In this document: positions 30,501-42,995 of the stretch, piece after piece
Layout of the letters: every line of letters starts with the position of its first letter
How positions within the stretch are numbered: the first letter of the stretch is position 1
Assembly: GCF_002113885.1 (NCBI RefSeq)
Contig: NW_018404538.1
Coordinates: 185,306-249,305, forward strand
Direction of reading: 5' to 3'
Length of the DNA stretch: 64,000 bases
Source of the DNA: Mizuhopecten yessoensis
Lineage: Eukaryota
The notes under the pieces: model-generated
The model's input: only the letters and a program-made list of their open reading frames with translations
What the model was told of the DNA's origin: nothing
The model's database searches: none
Made by a program: the position numbers and the translations under genes

Positions 30501-33414
30501 CATCTGACATAGAAGAGGGTAACAAGGGCATGTATCTTACATAAATGAGATTAACAAGGGAATGTATCTGACATAGATGATATTAACAAGGGAATGTATC
30601 TCACAAAGATGACGATAACAAGGGAATTTATCTCAGATAGATGAGGGTAATAAGGGAATGTATCTCTCATAGATAAGGGAAAAAAGAGAATGTATCTCAC
30701 AAAGATGAGGGTAAAAATGGAATGTATCTCCATTACGTGAGGGAAACAAGGGATCAATGTTTCTCACTTAGATGAGGATAAAAAGGGAATGTATCTCACA
30801 TAAATGAGGATAGTAAGGGAATGTATCTCACTTAGATAGGATAAAAAGGGAATGTATCTCACATAAATGAGGATAGTGAGGGAATGTATCTCACTTAGAT
30901 TAGGATAAAAAGGGAATGTATCTCACAAAGATGACGATAACAAGGGAATTTATCTCAGATAGATGAGGGTAATAAGGGAATGTATCTCTCATAGATAAGG
31001 GAAAAAAGAGAATGTATCTCACAAAGATGAGGGTAAAAATGGAATGTATCTCCATTACGTGAGGGAAACAAGGGATCAATGTTTCTCACTTAGATGAGGA
31101 TAAAAAGGGAATGTATCTCACATAAATGAGGATAGTAAGGGAATGTATCTCACTTAGATTAGGATAAAAAGGGAATGTATCTCACATCGATGATGGTAAC
31201 AACGGAGGGGAACAATGTTATGTATCTCCTATAGATGAGGGTAACAAGGGAATGCATCTGACATACATGTAGATGGAAGTAACCAGGGAATGTATCTCAC
31301 AAAGATGAGGTAACAAGGGAACGTATCTGACATAGATATGATTAACAAGGGAATGTATATGACAAGAATGAGGGCAATAAGGGAATGTATCTTACAAATA
31401 CAAGGGTAACAAAGGAAAGTATATCACATAGATAAGGATAAAAGTGAAATTATTTAACATATATGAGGGAAAGAAGGTAATGGTATCTCACATCGATGAA
31501 GATAAAAAGGGAATGTATCACACATAGATGAGGGTAACAAGGGGATGTATCTCACAAAAATGAGGATAAAAAGGGAATGTATCTCACTTAGATGAGGGAA
31601 ACAACGGAATGTATCTCACAAATATGAGATTAACAAGGGAATTATCTCACATAGTTCAGGGTAACAAATAAATGTATCTCACAAAGATGAGGGTAACAAG
31701 GGAATGTATCTTACATAAATGACATTAATAAGGGAATGTATCTGACATAGATGAGATTAACAAGAGAATGTATCTAACATAAATGAGGATACAAAGGGAA
31801 TTATCTGACAAAGGTGAGGGAAACAGGGTAATGTAGATGAATCTCACAAAGATGAAGATAACAAGGAATATATCTCACAAAGATAAGGATAACAAGGAAA
31901 TGTATGTCAGATATATAAGGGTAATAAGGGAATGTGTCTCTCATAGATGAGGATAAAAAGAGAATGTATCTCACAAAGATGAGGGTAAAAAGGGAATGTA
32001 TCCCACATAAATGAGGATAGTAAGGGAATGTATCTCACTAAGGTGAGGATAAAAAGGGAATGTATCTCACATCGATGATGGTAGTTAGGGAATGTATCTC
32101 ACAACGATGAGGGTAACAAAAGAATGTATCTCAGAAAGATGAGGGTAACAAAGGAAATTATCTCACATAGACGAGGATAACAAGATAATTGTATCTCACA
32201 TAGATTAGGATAAAAAGGGAATGTATCTCATATAAATGGGGGAAAGAAGGTAATGGTATCTCGTATAGAAAAAGGTAAAAAGGGAATTATCTCACAAAGG
32301 TGAGGGAAACATGGTTATGTATATCACAAAGGTAAGTGAAAAAGGGAATATACCTCACTTAGATAGGATACAAAGGGAATGTATCTCACGAAGATGAGGA
32401 TAACAAGGGAATGTATCTCACATAGATGAGGATAACAAGGGGATGTATCTCACATAGATGAGGATAACAAGGGAATGTGTTTTGCATAGATGAGGATAAC
32501 AAGAAAATTGTATCTCACATAGATTAGGATAAAAAGGGAATGTATCTCACATAGATGAGGGTAACAAGGGAATCTATCTCACATAGATGAGGATAACAAG
32601 GGAATGAATCTCACACAGATGGTGGTAACAAGGGAATGTATCTCACACAGATGAGGATAACAAGGGAATGAATCTCACACAGATGGGGTAACAAGGGAAT
32701 GTATCTCACACAGATGGGGGTTACAAGGGAATGTATCTCACACAGATGAGGGTAACAAGGGAATGCATCTCACATAGATGATGATAACAAGGTATTGTAT
32801 CTCACATATATGAGGATATCAAGGGAATGCATCTCACATAGATGAGGATAACAAGGGATTGCATTTTATAGGAGGATTACAAGAGCAATTATCCGACAAT
32901 TATAGAATAGAGTTCTTAACCTCGAGATCTTATTCCAAGGGTTGAAATTTCTCTCTGCATGACACATGAGTGATTAATTATTTTTCTACCTGACTCCTGT
33001 TCCGTAAACCATAGTTACAATGGTGACTTACAAGTACCGTGCAATTATCAAGGGCGCATGTGTGACATTATGAATGAAGCTTCCCTGGTTACACTGCATT
33101 TCAGAGTAAAAACGTGTTTGAGTTGACTTCTCCTAGGTAGGAAAAGAAGGGCTATCTTTTCCCTAGCAAAAACGGGAACATATCTGCTTAGTGTAAGAGA
33201 AATTAAAATCTTATTAACTTTGATTTCCAAATTATGCAATTTACATGTAGTACGAACTTATCAATGTATTCAGCTAAACAAATCGTCCGTTTTCTTGAAT
33301 CTTAAATTCTCAATGTTTTTTATATTTGGTAACGTTTGTGGCTTCTTTATAAGCTATGTATTGTAGCAGATGTTGACCAGTCTGTAATTTACATACCTTT
33401 ATTAATTGTTTTAG

Positions 33415-33547
33415 GGGTACGAGTTGCGACACTACGAGGAATCCGTGTGGGTAGCTACCAATTTGACTACAATGGAGTTTACCCAAAACGACAGCAGCGA
33501 AATGTTTTTCAAACTATTTCACTATATCTCCGGCAATAATTCTAAAC
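33415..33547 (+). CDS. SOUL heme-binding protein, coding exon 2
   Basis: TTTTAG| acceptor. GYELRHYEESVWVAT...MFFKLFHYISGNNSK matches the SOUL YExRxY and FxxLFxYIxGxN motifs. Donor C|GTAAGT, phase 1. Confidence 0.92.
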
Positions 33548-36500
33548 GTAAGTATCATTATGTACAAGGTCTTTAATAATATTTGAATATATATATATAA
33601 CAATGTCACTTCAGTAGCATTACGTACAGGGTATGTGATAGTATTTGTATATATATAACAATGTCACTTGAGTAGCATTACGTACAGGGTCTGTGATAGT
33701 ATTTGTATATAAATAACAATGCCACTTGAGTACCATTATGTACAGGGTCTGTGATATTATTTATATATATATATATAACAATGTCACTTGAGTCGCATTA
33801 TGTAAAGGGTCTGTTATAGTTTTTGTAAATACATAACAATGTCACTTGAGTACCATTATGTACAGGGTCTGTGATAGTATTTGTATATATATAACAATGT
33901 CACTTGAGTACCATTATGTACAGGGTCTGTGATAGTATTTGTATATATATAACAATGTCACTTGAGTACCATTATGTACAGGGTCTGTTATAGTATTTGT
34001 ATATATATAACAATGTCACTTGAGTACCATTATGTACAGGGTGTGTGATAGTATTTGTATATATATAACAATGTCACTTGAGTACCATTATGTACAGGGT
34101 CTGTTATAGTATTTGTATATATATAACAATGTCACTTGAGTACCATTATGTACAGGGTCTGTTATAGTATTTGTATATATATAACAATGTCACTTGAGTA
34201 CCATTATGTACAGGGTCTGTTATAGTATTTGTATATATATAACAATGTCACTTGAGTACCATTATGTACAGGGTCTGTTATAGTATTTGTATATATATAA
34301 CAATGTCACTTGAGTACCATTATGTACAGGGTCTGTGATAGTATTTGTATATATATAACAATGTCACTTGAGTACCATTATGTACAGGGTCTGTTATAGT
34401 ATTTGTATATATATAACAATGTCACTTGAGTACCATTATGTACAGGGTCTGTGATAGTATTTGTATATATATAACAATGTCACTTGAGTACCATTATGTA
34501 CAGGGTCTGTTATAGTATTTGTATATATATAACAATGTCACTTGAGTACCATTATGTACAGGGTCTGTGATAGTATTTGTATATATATAACAATGTCACT
34601 TGAGTACCATTATGTACAGGGTCTGTTATAGTATTTGTATATATATAACAATGTCACTTGAGTACCATTATGTACAGGGTCTGTGATAGTATTTGTATAT
34701 ATATAACAATGTCACTTGAGTACCATTATGTACAGGGTCTGTTATAGTATTTGTATATATATAACAATGTCACTTGAGTACCATTATGTACAGGGTCTGT
34801 TATAGTATTTGTATATATATAACAATGTCACTTGAGTACCATTATGTACAGGGTGTGTGATAGTATTTGTATATATATAACAATGTCACTTGAGTACCAT
34901 TATGTACAGGGTCTGTTATAGTATTTGTATATATATAACAATGTCACTTGAGTACCATTATGTACAGGGTCTGTGATAGTATTTGTATATATATAACAAT
35001 GTCACTTGAGTACCATTATGTACAGGGTCTGTTATAGTATTTGTATATATATAACAATGTCACTTGAGTACCATTATGTACAGGGTCTGTTATAGTATTT
35101 GTATATATATAACAATGTCACTTGAGTACCATTATGTACAGGGTCTGTGATAGTATTTGTATATATATAACAATGTCACTTGAGTACCATTATGTACAGG
35201 GTCTGTTATAGTATTTGTATATATATAACAATGTCACTTGAGTACCATTATGTACAGGGTCTGTGATAGTATTTGTATATATATAACAATGTCACTTGAG
35301 TACCATTATGTACAGGGTCTGTTATAGTATTTGTATATATATAACAATGTCACTTGAGTACCATTATGTACAGGGTCTGTGATAGTATTTGTATATATAT
35401 AACAATGTCACTTGAGTACCATTATGTACAGGGTCTGTTATAGTATTTGTATATATATAACAATGTCACTTGAGTACCATTATGTACAGGGTCTGTTATA
35501 GTATTTGTATATATATAACAATGTCACTTGAGTACCATTATGTACAGGGTCTGTTATAGTATTTGTATATATATAACAATGTCACTTGAGTACCATTATG
35601 TACAGGGTCTGTTATAGTATTTGTATATATATAACAATGTCACTTGAGTACCATTATGTACAGGGTCTGTTATAGTATTTGTATATATATAACAATGTCA
35701 CTTGAGTACCATTATGTACAGGGTCTGTGATAGTATTTATATATATATATAACAATGTCACTTGAGCACCATTACGTACCGGGTGTGTGATAGTATTTGT
35801 ATAAATATAACAATGTCACTTGAGTACCATTACGTACAGGGTCTGTTATAGTGTTTATATATATATATAACAATGTCACTTGAGTACCATTATGTACAGG
35901 GTATGTGATAGTATTTGTATATATATAACAATGTCACTTGAGAACCATTATTTACAGTGTCTTTTATAGTATTTATATATATATATATATATAACAATGT
36001 CACTTGAGTACCATTATGTACAGGGTCTGTTATAGTATTTGTATATATATAACAATGTCACTTGAGAACCATTATTTACAGGGTCTGTTATAGTATTTAT
36101 ATATATATATATATATAACAATGTCACTTGAGTACCATTATGTACAGGGTATGTGATAGTATTTGTATATATATAACAATGTCACTTGAGTACCATTACG
36201 TACAGGGTCTGTTATAGTGTTTATATATATATATAACAATGTCACTTGAGTACCATTACGTACAGGGTATGTGATAGTATTTGTATATATATAACAATGT
36301 CACTTGAGTACCATTATGTACAGGGTCTGTTATAGTATTTGTATATATATAACAATGTCACTTGAATATCATAATGTACAGGGTCTGTTATAGTATTTGA
36401 ATATACATAACAATGTCACTTGAGTACCATTATGTACAGGGTCTGTTATAGTATTTGTATATACATAACAATGTCACTTGAGTACCATAATGTACAGGGT

Positions 36501-37165
36501 CTGTTATAGTATTTATATATATATATATAACAATGTCACTTGAGTAGCATTACGTACAGGGTCTGTTATGGTATTTATATATATATATAACAATGTCACT
36601 TGAGTACCATTATGTACAGGGTCTTTTATAGTATTTGTATATAAATAACAATGTCACTTGAGAACCATTATGTACAGGGTCTGTTATAGTATTTGTATAT
36701 ATATAACAATGTCACTTGAGTAGCATTACGTACAGGGTCTGTTATGGTATTTATATATATATATAACAATGTCACTTGAGTACCATTATGTACAGGGTCT
36801 GTTATAGTATTTGTATATATATATAACAATGTCACTTGAATATCATAATGTACAGGGTCTGTTATAGTATTTGTATATGCATAACAATGTCACTTGAGTA
36901 CCATTATGTACAGGGTCTGTTATAGCATTTGTATATATATTACAATGCCACGTGAGTACCATTACGTACAGGGTCTGTGATAGTATTTGAATATAAATAA
37001 CAATGTCACTTGAGTACCATTATGTACAGGGTCTGTTATAGTATTTGTATATATATTACAATGCCACTTGAGTACCATTACGTACAGGGTCTGTTATAGT
37101 ATTTGTATATATTTAACAATGTCACTTGAGTACCTGTGATAGTATTTGTATATATATAGCAATGT
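33548..37165. repeat. 58-bp minisatellite, ~60 copies, homogeneous core
   Basis: Unit AACAATGTCACTTGAGTACCATTATGTACAGGGTCTGTTATAGTATTTGTATATATAT. Confidence 0.95.
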
Positions 37166-37169
37166 CACA

Positions 37170-37329
37170 AGACTTCCAACTGGAAAGGGGAGCCGAATGT
37201 GACCTAGTGGTGATACGCAACAAAAAGGGAGAGATCTACTCAAAAAGTTATCTTAATGACATCAGGCAAGGTTTGCGGCGGCATTTACAAGACCCATCAT
37301 GTGACAGAGATTTCGACATTCCTTTATGA
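37170..37329 (+). pseudogene. Fragment of a Crypton-like tyrosine-recombinase (DUF3504/KCTD1/ZMYM-related) coding sequence
   Basis: IRNKKGEIYSKSYLNDIRQGLRRHLQDPSCDRDFDI resembles the RxxxGexYxxxSLxxIRxgLxRhLxxP..R.fDI block of these proteins (recognition by eye). Confidence 0.55.
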
Positions 37330-37667
37330 AGTGAAAGTAGAATATGTACAGCGACCCCTAGGAGAAGGGGCGCAACTCTTTGCGTCACGCTACTTTCCCG
37401 AAGTCTCAGCGGTCCAATTAGTGCCCGTCTCCAGGTATAGTTCCCGTTGTCAAGGGCGGATGCTTAATATACCAAATAGAACAAGGGTAGTTAACCAATA
37501 GCAATCCTAGAAAGTATCATGTGATGTACTAAACATATATATTATTACAGACGTTAAGATACCGATGACCACTTCGGTTATACCATATATACTATATGAA
37601 TACAGACGTTAAGATACCGATGACAACCCCTGTTATACCATATATATATATATATATATGATTACAG

Positions 37668-37848
37668 ACGTTAAGATACCGATGACCACTCCGGTTATAC
37701 TAAAGGTGGAACACGGACCGGGACCAACATGTGAGAGCTTCTTTTATGACCACTTCATGGTACCATTTGAATTTCAAGACGATCCTCCAGTTCCAACCGA
37801 CCCTAGTGTTTATATCACAGTGTTACCTCCCTTTGACGTCTACGTTAA
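37668..37848 (+). CDS. SOUL heme-binding protein, coding exon 3
   Basis: TTACAG| acceptor. (H)VKIPMTTPV...FMVP...PPVPTDPSVYI...VYVK matches SOUL motifs KIxMTxPV and PPxPxDxxV. Donor AA|GTAAGT, phase 2. Confidence 0.92.
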
Positions 37849-37859
37849 GTAAGTTTTCT

Positions 37860-39330
37860 TTATATTCTTATACACTGTACAATGCTCTCCTACTCTAAGG
37901 ACACTACTAACTTACTGTAATATGATATAATATGTAAAGGACACTGCTAAAAACTATAGTAAGATCCGTTATGTTAATTAAGTACACTGCTAAATACTGT
38001 AATATGATCTTTTATGTCAAGTACACTGCTTAATTCTGTAATATGCTCTGTTATGTTCTTTTATGTTAAGTACACTGCTGCATACTGTAATATGATCCGT
38101 TATGTTAAGTACACTGCAAAATACTGCAATATGATCCGTTATGTTAAGTACACTGCAAAATACTGCAATATGATCCGTTATGTTAAGTACACTGGTAAAT
38201 AATGTACTATGATCCGTCATATTAAGTACACTGGTAAATAATGTACCATGATCCGTCATATTAAGTACACTGGTAAATAATGTACCATGATCCGTCATAT
38301 TAAGTACACTGATACGTAATGTAATATGATCCGTCATGTTAAGGACACTGTTAAATACTGTTATATGATCCGTTATGTTAAGTACACTGGTAAGTAATGT
38401 AATATGATCCGTTATGTTAAGTACACTGCTAGATACTTAAGCATTATACTGCATTCTGTTCCGTGTTATTGTCCTAAACATGGAACATGATTGCAGACAA
38501 AATATATAACGCGCGTTATGATTATTTGTCTGTAATCCTGTTCCGTGTTATAGGACCAGGGCTCACTTGTATAAAACATCTCAACTCTTGAGATTTCCTC
38601 AAGTCTAAGATTTCCCATAGACAATACATTGCTTGAGATTTTCCTTAACTTTGAGATGTTTTATACAAGTGGGCCCATATCATGGAATAGAATGCTGTTT
38701 TTTGCATATAAATACATTTTTCATTATTTTTTTAAACTTTCATTTCTAAGTTCACAACGCACTTTTAAATTCGAATATCGCGCTGTTGTCACGTGACTTT
38801 TCCCGTACAAAAATAAAGTTCGTAAAAGTAAACAAAAAAATATTTCCACAATTTAATCAATAAATATATATTCAATTCACATTTTATGATAGACTTACAT
38901 AAAACGGTGAATGTTACTGAATCATACTGAGATTGTTTGCTTATCCGCTTGCTAGTGCGGATGGGAATAGCTATCTGGTAGTTAGTCGGTTCCGTGGAGA
39001 TATCCACGGAACTTGCCTTGGTAGTGTTATATAGTGGCAGTGCAGAGCAATAGTAAATATTGTAATATGATCTTTAATGTTAAATACACTGCTCAATACT
39101 GTAATATGATCCGTTATGTTAAGTACACTGATAAATACTGTTACATGATCCGATATGTTAAGAACCCTGCTAAATACTGTAAAACGATCCGTTCTGTTAA
39201 GGACACTGCTAAAAACTGTAGTATGATCTGTTATGTTCTTTTATGTTAAGTACACTGCTTAATATCGTACTATGATCAGCTATTTTAAGGACACTGCTTA
39301 TTATTGTAATATGAACTTTTATGTTAAGTT
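37860..39330. repeat. 39-bp minisatellite (TATGTTAAGTACACTGCAAAATACTGCAATATGATCCGT), interrupted at ~38437-39055
   Basis: 39-nt period on both sides of a ~620-bp insert. Confidence 0.9.
38559..38676. mobile_element. 118-bp MITE nested within a larger palindromic insert (~38437-39055)
   Basis: 26-bp TIRs GGGCTCACTTGTATAAAACATCTCAA / TTGAGATGTTTTATACAAGTGGGCCC with 1 mismatch. Confidence 0.8.
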
Positions 39331-39426
39331 GTATTTTTTGTGTAAAATAATTGCGACCTTTTCCACACTGTAAATCGATTTTCGTGATAGTCGGATATGA
39401 TAAACTTATATCAATGTTTGTTACAG

Positions 39427-39601
39427 GTCTTTTGGAGGCCGCCCGTCATTCGACGAGAAAATGGCTATGATTGAATCTCTTGTAACAGAAATAGCAGACC
39501 CGTCGCGTTTCGAGGAAAGGTTTTATTACTTTGCGGGATATGACGGTCCATACACTATTAATCACCGCCACAACGAGGTGTGGCTGGTAGCCCGGCATTA
39601 G
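39427..39601 (+). CDS. SOUL heme-binding protein, coding exon 4 (terminal)
   Basis: TTACAG| acceptor. SFGG...YYFAGYDGPYTINHRHNEVWLVARH* matches the SOUL C-terminal AGYxxP...RxNEVW motif. Exons total 639 nt, 212 aa. Confidence 0.93.
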
Positions 39602-39672
39602 GACAAACCGTACATTTGTTATGCTTGTTTTTCTTTTTTTTTCTTTTCCATTTTACTATTTCACTCTATAAA

Positions 39673-39678
39673 AATAAA
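39673..39678 (+). terminator. Candidate polyadenylation signal of the SOUL gene
   Basis: AATAAA ~70 nt after the stop codon. Confidence 0.6.
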
Positions 39679-40156
39679 TAATTAAAGGATTATGAAATGT
39701 TATTATCTTTACTGTTTTGATGCAGGTCGTATGAGGTTAAATTACCTATTGTGTTCTATTGATAAGCTGGACCGGTGAAAAGCTAATTTTTCATACTGCA
39801 AAACCTATTTGAAATCCAGACAGATATCACGAGCCGATGTAAGCTCTACAGAGACTTTATTTTACTGGATGAAAAAGAAAGACAAGCAAATCAGACAGGT
39901 ACTCAGAATCCATATGTCATGCACGTAATCTACAGTAGATGACAGACTTGTCATACTACACAACCTGATTGTACCTTGATTTCTTTTACCCGACGATGTC
40001 TATACATTTTTCAATAAATTAATTTACATAACCAGCATGTTTAACAAGCATTGATTATCTTAAAAATTGACAGTAGATCTTAATTAAAAACATAAATACC
40101 ATGTAAAATATTTTAGTTGCAAAAAGACAGAAATTTATTCCGTGTTTGCGGGGATA

Positions 40157-42555
40157 TATTACAACGCTTTTGTTGTGTTGTTGTGTTGTTGGTACCTGTA
40201 AAATTACAATGGAGACAGCCTGATAAATTTGATGTGTCTTTATTCTGGTCGCAGCTTCAAGTGGTTATATACAGACAATAATACATAGAAATTCTTGTTA
40301 TTGATATACATTATCAATCATGAATTAAACCACGCATTGGATTTAATTTACAATACAATGAACATCTAATGTAGAAACAAATAATAATAGAAACATACAT
40401 AGGAAATTTTTGTTATTGATATGAAATATCAATCGCGAATTAAACCACACTTTGGGTTTAATTACAGTACAATAAAAATCCTAATGTAGAAAAATAATAA
40501 ACAAAAATGGGGAAAATTAGCTAAGTTAAAACTGGGGAGAATTAACTAAGTAGAGCTACTCTTGCTTGGCAGTGAGGGGTCGATGTCTAATTAGGAATAA
40601 CTCGAGCAGCAGGGACCCAGCATAAACAATATAATAATATGTTAAAGTTTTTTTATGCAGAAAAACTTAATTAACCAATACACATTATAATTAACAATTA
40701 ATCGAGTATGGCAAAATAAAAATATACAAAACAAATTTAATCTTGATAAGGGAGGAAAGCTATTAACATGAATTTAATTTAGAGAATATTATGGTTCTAG
40801 TTAAGAATAAAATATTCAAAACAATTTAAATCTAGACAGTGTACAAAGAAGCAGGGAACCTACCACACGTGTATTTGTTTACATGGGAAAGCCCACTTCT
40901 TGTCTGCATTGGTAACTTCCGGTTTTGGAATGGACTTCCGGTTTATGGAAATTAACTGAATGAAAGTTCCAAGAGGGATGATTACAATTGCTGACTTACG
41001 AAATGATAAATAAAAACTCTGTTCTAAAAATTGTTCTTACAAACTTGTCTAATTTAAGTTAACGATGGGTATGGTGTTGATTAAAAAGTTGTTTGGACAT
41101 ATGAGGTAAATAATTCCAGAAACTCTTGAGTCATATAAAATGCAAACAATACTTTCCGCACAATTCTCAAACATGGTATTGAAATAATATATCAGGTAAC
41201 ATTTGGCGAGACAAGTATATAAAAATCATATGCATAACATCAACAAGTTACTTACTCTTTCTTGAGCATTGTGAGACGGGTAAATATACATTTCAAAATC
41301 ATGATGGTCCGTTAGGTAAAAGCACACACACGTGTTTATTTTCTTTTGCAAAGCGGAGGTTAAGAATTCAGAAGGGAACGTAACTCTATTCTAGTGCTCT
41401 GAACAATTTGGCCCACAAGTGCGGTAACAATACCAAAATCTTTGATAATTATAAGTTAAATACAAATAATAAGTTACAGCTTAAGGTAACGATTTCTTTT
41501 TAGCTTGCGTATATAAAATCTTTATAAAACTTCGTTCCTCAAAAATGTAAAGCCTTTGTTAAAGAAAAATATAATGTTTATGCTCCAAATTAGATTATTT
41601 TGGAGCATCTTAAATCTAATTTTTGCCTATCCAAACTTAATAGAATTCTACCGTACTTGAATTAAATCTGAAGGTCGAAAAGATTACAAGTGGGAAAACT
41701 ACAAATTCTGTGTCTCACACGTTACTTGGAATAAGATGTTATATTGCATTATAAACATAAAAAGGGTATAACACTAATAAACACAGAATAATTTCATACA
41801 AATGAATATGAATAAATTCAGTATACAAGAATTAAAATATAAAAATACATGTAAAAAGAATTGCTCACCTGTAAAATTACAATGGAGACAGCCTGATAAA
41901 TTTGATGTGTCTTTATTCTGGTCGTAGCTTCAAGTGGTTAGCTGTACAAGCGACAGGTAACTTACTCAGATGCCCCCAATGTTGGTGAGGTTCCAGGAGG
42001 GTTATTTACAGTATTTTCTATATGAAGTATAGGTAATTTACCTTTGAGGGGCCTCAACAAAAACATATATCCAGTCGGACCTTATTGCTGATTGGTCGGA
42101 TCTTAGCGTGGGTTCGGACAAAGAAATTTGTGAAAAACACCAATCTGGAAGTAAGGTTACGTAAGAGCACCCAAGTCCTAATTGACTCTAACACGGCCGA
42201 TAATTCTTTTACAAAGAGACAAAGATAGAGTCGGGACCGGACGTGAGTTCTTAATTGAAATGACAAAAGGGATTATGAGAATCTAACAGAGTCGCCGAAC
42301 CGAACAAATAATCTAAATGTGGGAAACGTAAATCTTGTTTGCCAAACTGTTTTAGAGCTCAATTAACGTGGCTAAGTATGTGGTTATTGTATTATTTGGG
42401 GATTATTGTTTGTAAAATGTTTTACGAAAATATTCCAAATAGTAAAAAGATTACGAAAATAATCCAAATAGTAAAAAGTTCCAAAATTTCATTGCAATAA
42501 ACAAGTTTATGTATTTTTATGTAAGTTATGAAAAATGTAAAATATCAGTATGATA
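40157..42555 (-). repeat. 3' LTR (~2.4 kb)
   Basis: Matches 51320-51797 and 52965-54433 with only a handful of visible differences. Termini TATCATA...TGTAATA on the minus strand. Confidence 0.88.
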
Positions 42556-42574
42556 TATCCCTCCTGGTTGGGAG
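42556..42574 (-). promoter_or_regulatory. Polypurine-tract region
   Basis: Minus strand ...GAGGACAAAGATTTCTCCCAACCAGGAGGGATA immediately precedes the 3' LTR. Confidence 0.6.
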
Positions 42575-42995
42575 AAATCTTTGTCCTCAAAGATTAAAAG
42601 TAGTGGTAGGAATTATTGAAAAAGGGAGATAATTCATACAAAAGTTCATACATATTGATCTACATATATAAAAGTCAATAAGTTGACAAGTGTCATGTTT
42701 TTAACTATATATACACATACATTTTAAACAACTCCGGCCGGTGGTTGAATAAAAGAATTATTTTAAAGTCATATTTGAATTATCACAAAGTTATTTGCCT
42801 TATAGACAAAGTGTCATGGAAAAATGACTTATGGTTGGTACAGTTGTACATATTATAATGTCCAACTTAAACAACAATTACACATTGAAGAAATGGAAAA
42901 GTAACATGTTTAAATACAATATATACATAAAATGTCAAAGTAAGTCATGCCTGGGTAATTCATGTCCATACAATAATCAAACTTGGCGTTTTTAT

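Larger units (their letters stand above)
20140..32880. repeat. ~12.7 kb purine-rich ~32-bp minisatellite (GATGAGGGTAACAAGGGAATGTATCTCACATA) in the SOUL intron, with a 2879-bp internal duplication
   Basis: Periodicity is clear. Identical ORF-track peptides at 23581/26460 and 24169/27048. Confidence 0.95.

Noticed and set aside
21306-30757. Many short ORFs on both strands
   Set aside because: Products of the 32-bp intronic minisatellite.
33548-37165. CRISPR-like regular array (also 18325-19490 and 56735-59098)
   Set aside because: No unique spacers, no cas genes, and a eukaryotic context.
42054-42266. 70-aa ORF duplicated in both LTRs
   Set aside because: Identity reflects LTR duplication; no coding signature was recognised.
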